A stretch of DNA of 62,067 bases, counting the filler, from Perkinsus olseni (lineage: Eukaryota): NCBI GenBank assembly GCA_013115125.1. It is 8 parts of 8 records of this genome, joined end to end, with 100 filler letters (N's around TTAATTAATTAA, not from the genome) between each part and the next. Parts side by side here need not be neighbours in the genome. Positions count along the whole stretch, not along the records: positions 54,435 to 62,067 come from JABANN010001015.1; 7 more parts are not named here. The stretch is one strand, 5' to 3'. Below, one piece after another: positions 61,831 to 62,067 of the stretch. Below the pieces are notes generated by a model that had not been told where the DNA came from, searched no databases, and was given only the letters and a program-made list of their open reading frames with translations. Made by a program: the position numbers and the translations under genes. Each line of letters starts with the position of its first letter. Positions within the stretch are counted from its first letter, which is position 1.

Positions 61831-62067
61831 ACCCAGAATCGCAAGAACCCGTGAGAGGTTTTCCGGACCATTTCGAAGTTCGAACTAGTCCGAGTGTCCT
61901 GAATTTCAGAAGCGCTCCCGGGATCATCTTTCGTACGTTAAATTGAATCCTGGGAGCTCTCCTGAAGTCCAGAGGAGGTCTATTGAACACCCCTGTGGAC
62001 TGCGTAGCGTGAGAAACTTCGAACCAATCGGCGCAGTCCACAAGTTGAGCACCTCCAATATCTCATG

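Noticed and set aside
1-62067. Gene-neighbourhood or cluster interpretation across the window
   Set aside because: The segments are size-sorted unlinked contigs joined by synthetic linkers, so adjacency across linkers is meaningless.
61820-62067. 10-bp direct repeat ATATCTCATG as a TSD
   Set aside because: No TIRs inside, and the second copy sits at the window end, so it cannot be evaluated.

Overview
Eukaryotic, intron-rich (mostly ~45-60 nt introns) genomic DNA. Gene families and gene structure suggest a Perkinsus-like alveolate, but this is an inference. The window is not one locus: it is eight unlinked contigs (7715, 7710, 7690, 7678, 7663, 7644, 7634 and 7633 bp, sorted by length) joined by artificial 100-bp N44-TTAATTAATTAA-N44 linkers. 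Contents: an APC6/Cdc16-like TPR gene, a decayed WRN/EXD-type 3'-5' exonuclease, two tandem MATE transporters, an ankyrin fragment, two divergent Bel/Pao-like LTR retrotransposons, a two-module AAA ATPase, two pepsin-like aspartyl proteases (one broken), an S28 prolylcarboxypeptidase, a PIF/Harbinger-like MITE, a degenerate tRNA-Leu and several repeats. Most notable: (1) the contig-4 retrotransposon ORF appears to read through the internal N-gap into a ~2450-aa polyprotein whose post-integrase tail has a Tudor/SH3-like segment and two matrin-type-like C2H2 zinc fingers; (2) a strong excess of perfect DNA palindromes with exactly one central base, some chained and one set interrupting a pseudogene, suggesting a recurrent fold-back mutational or repair process.
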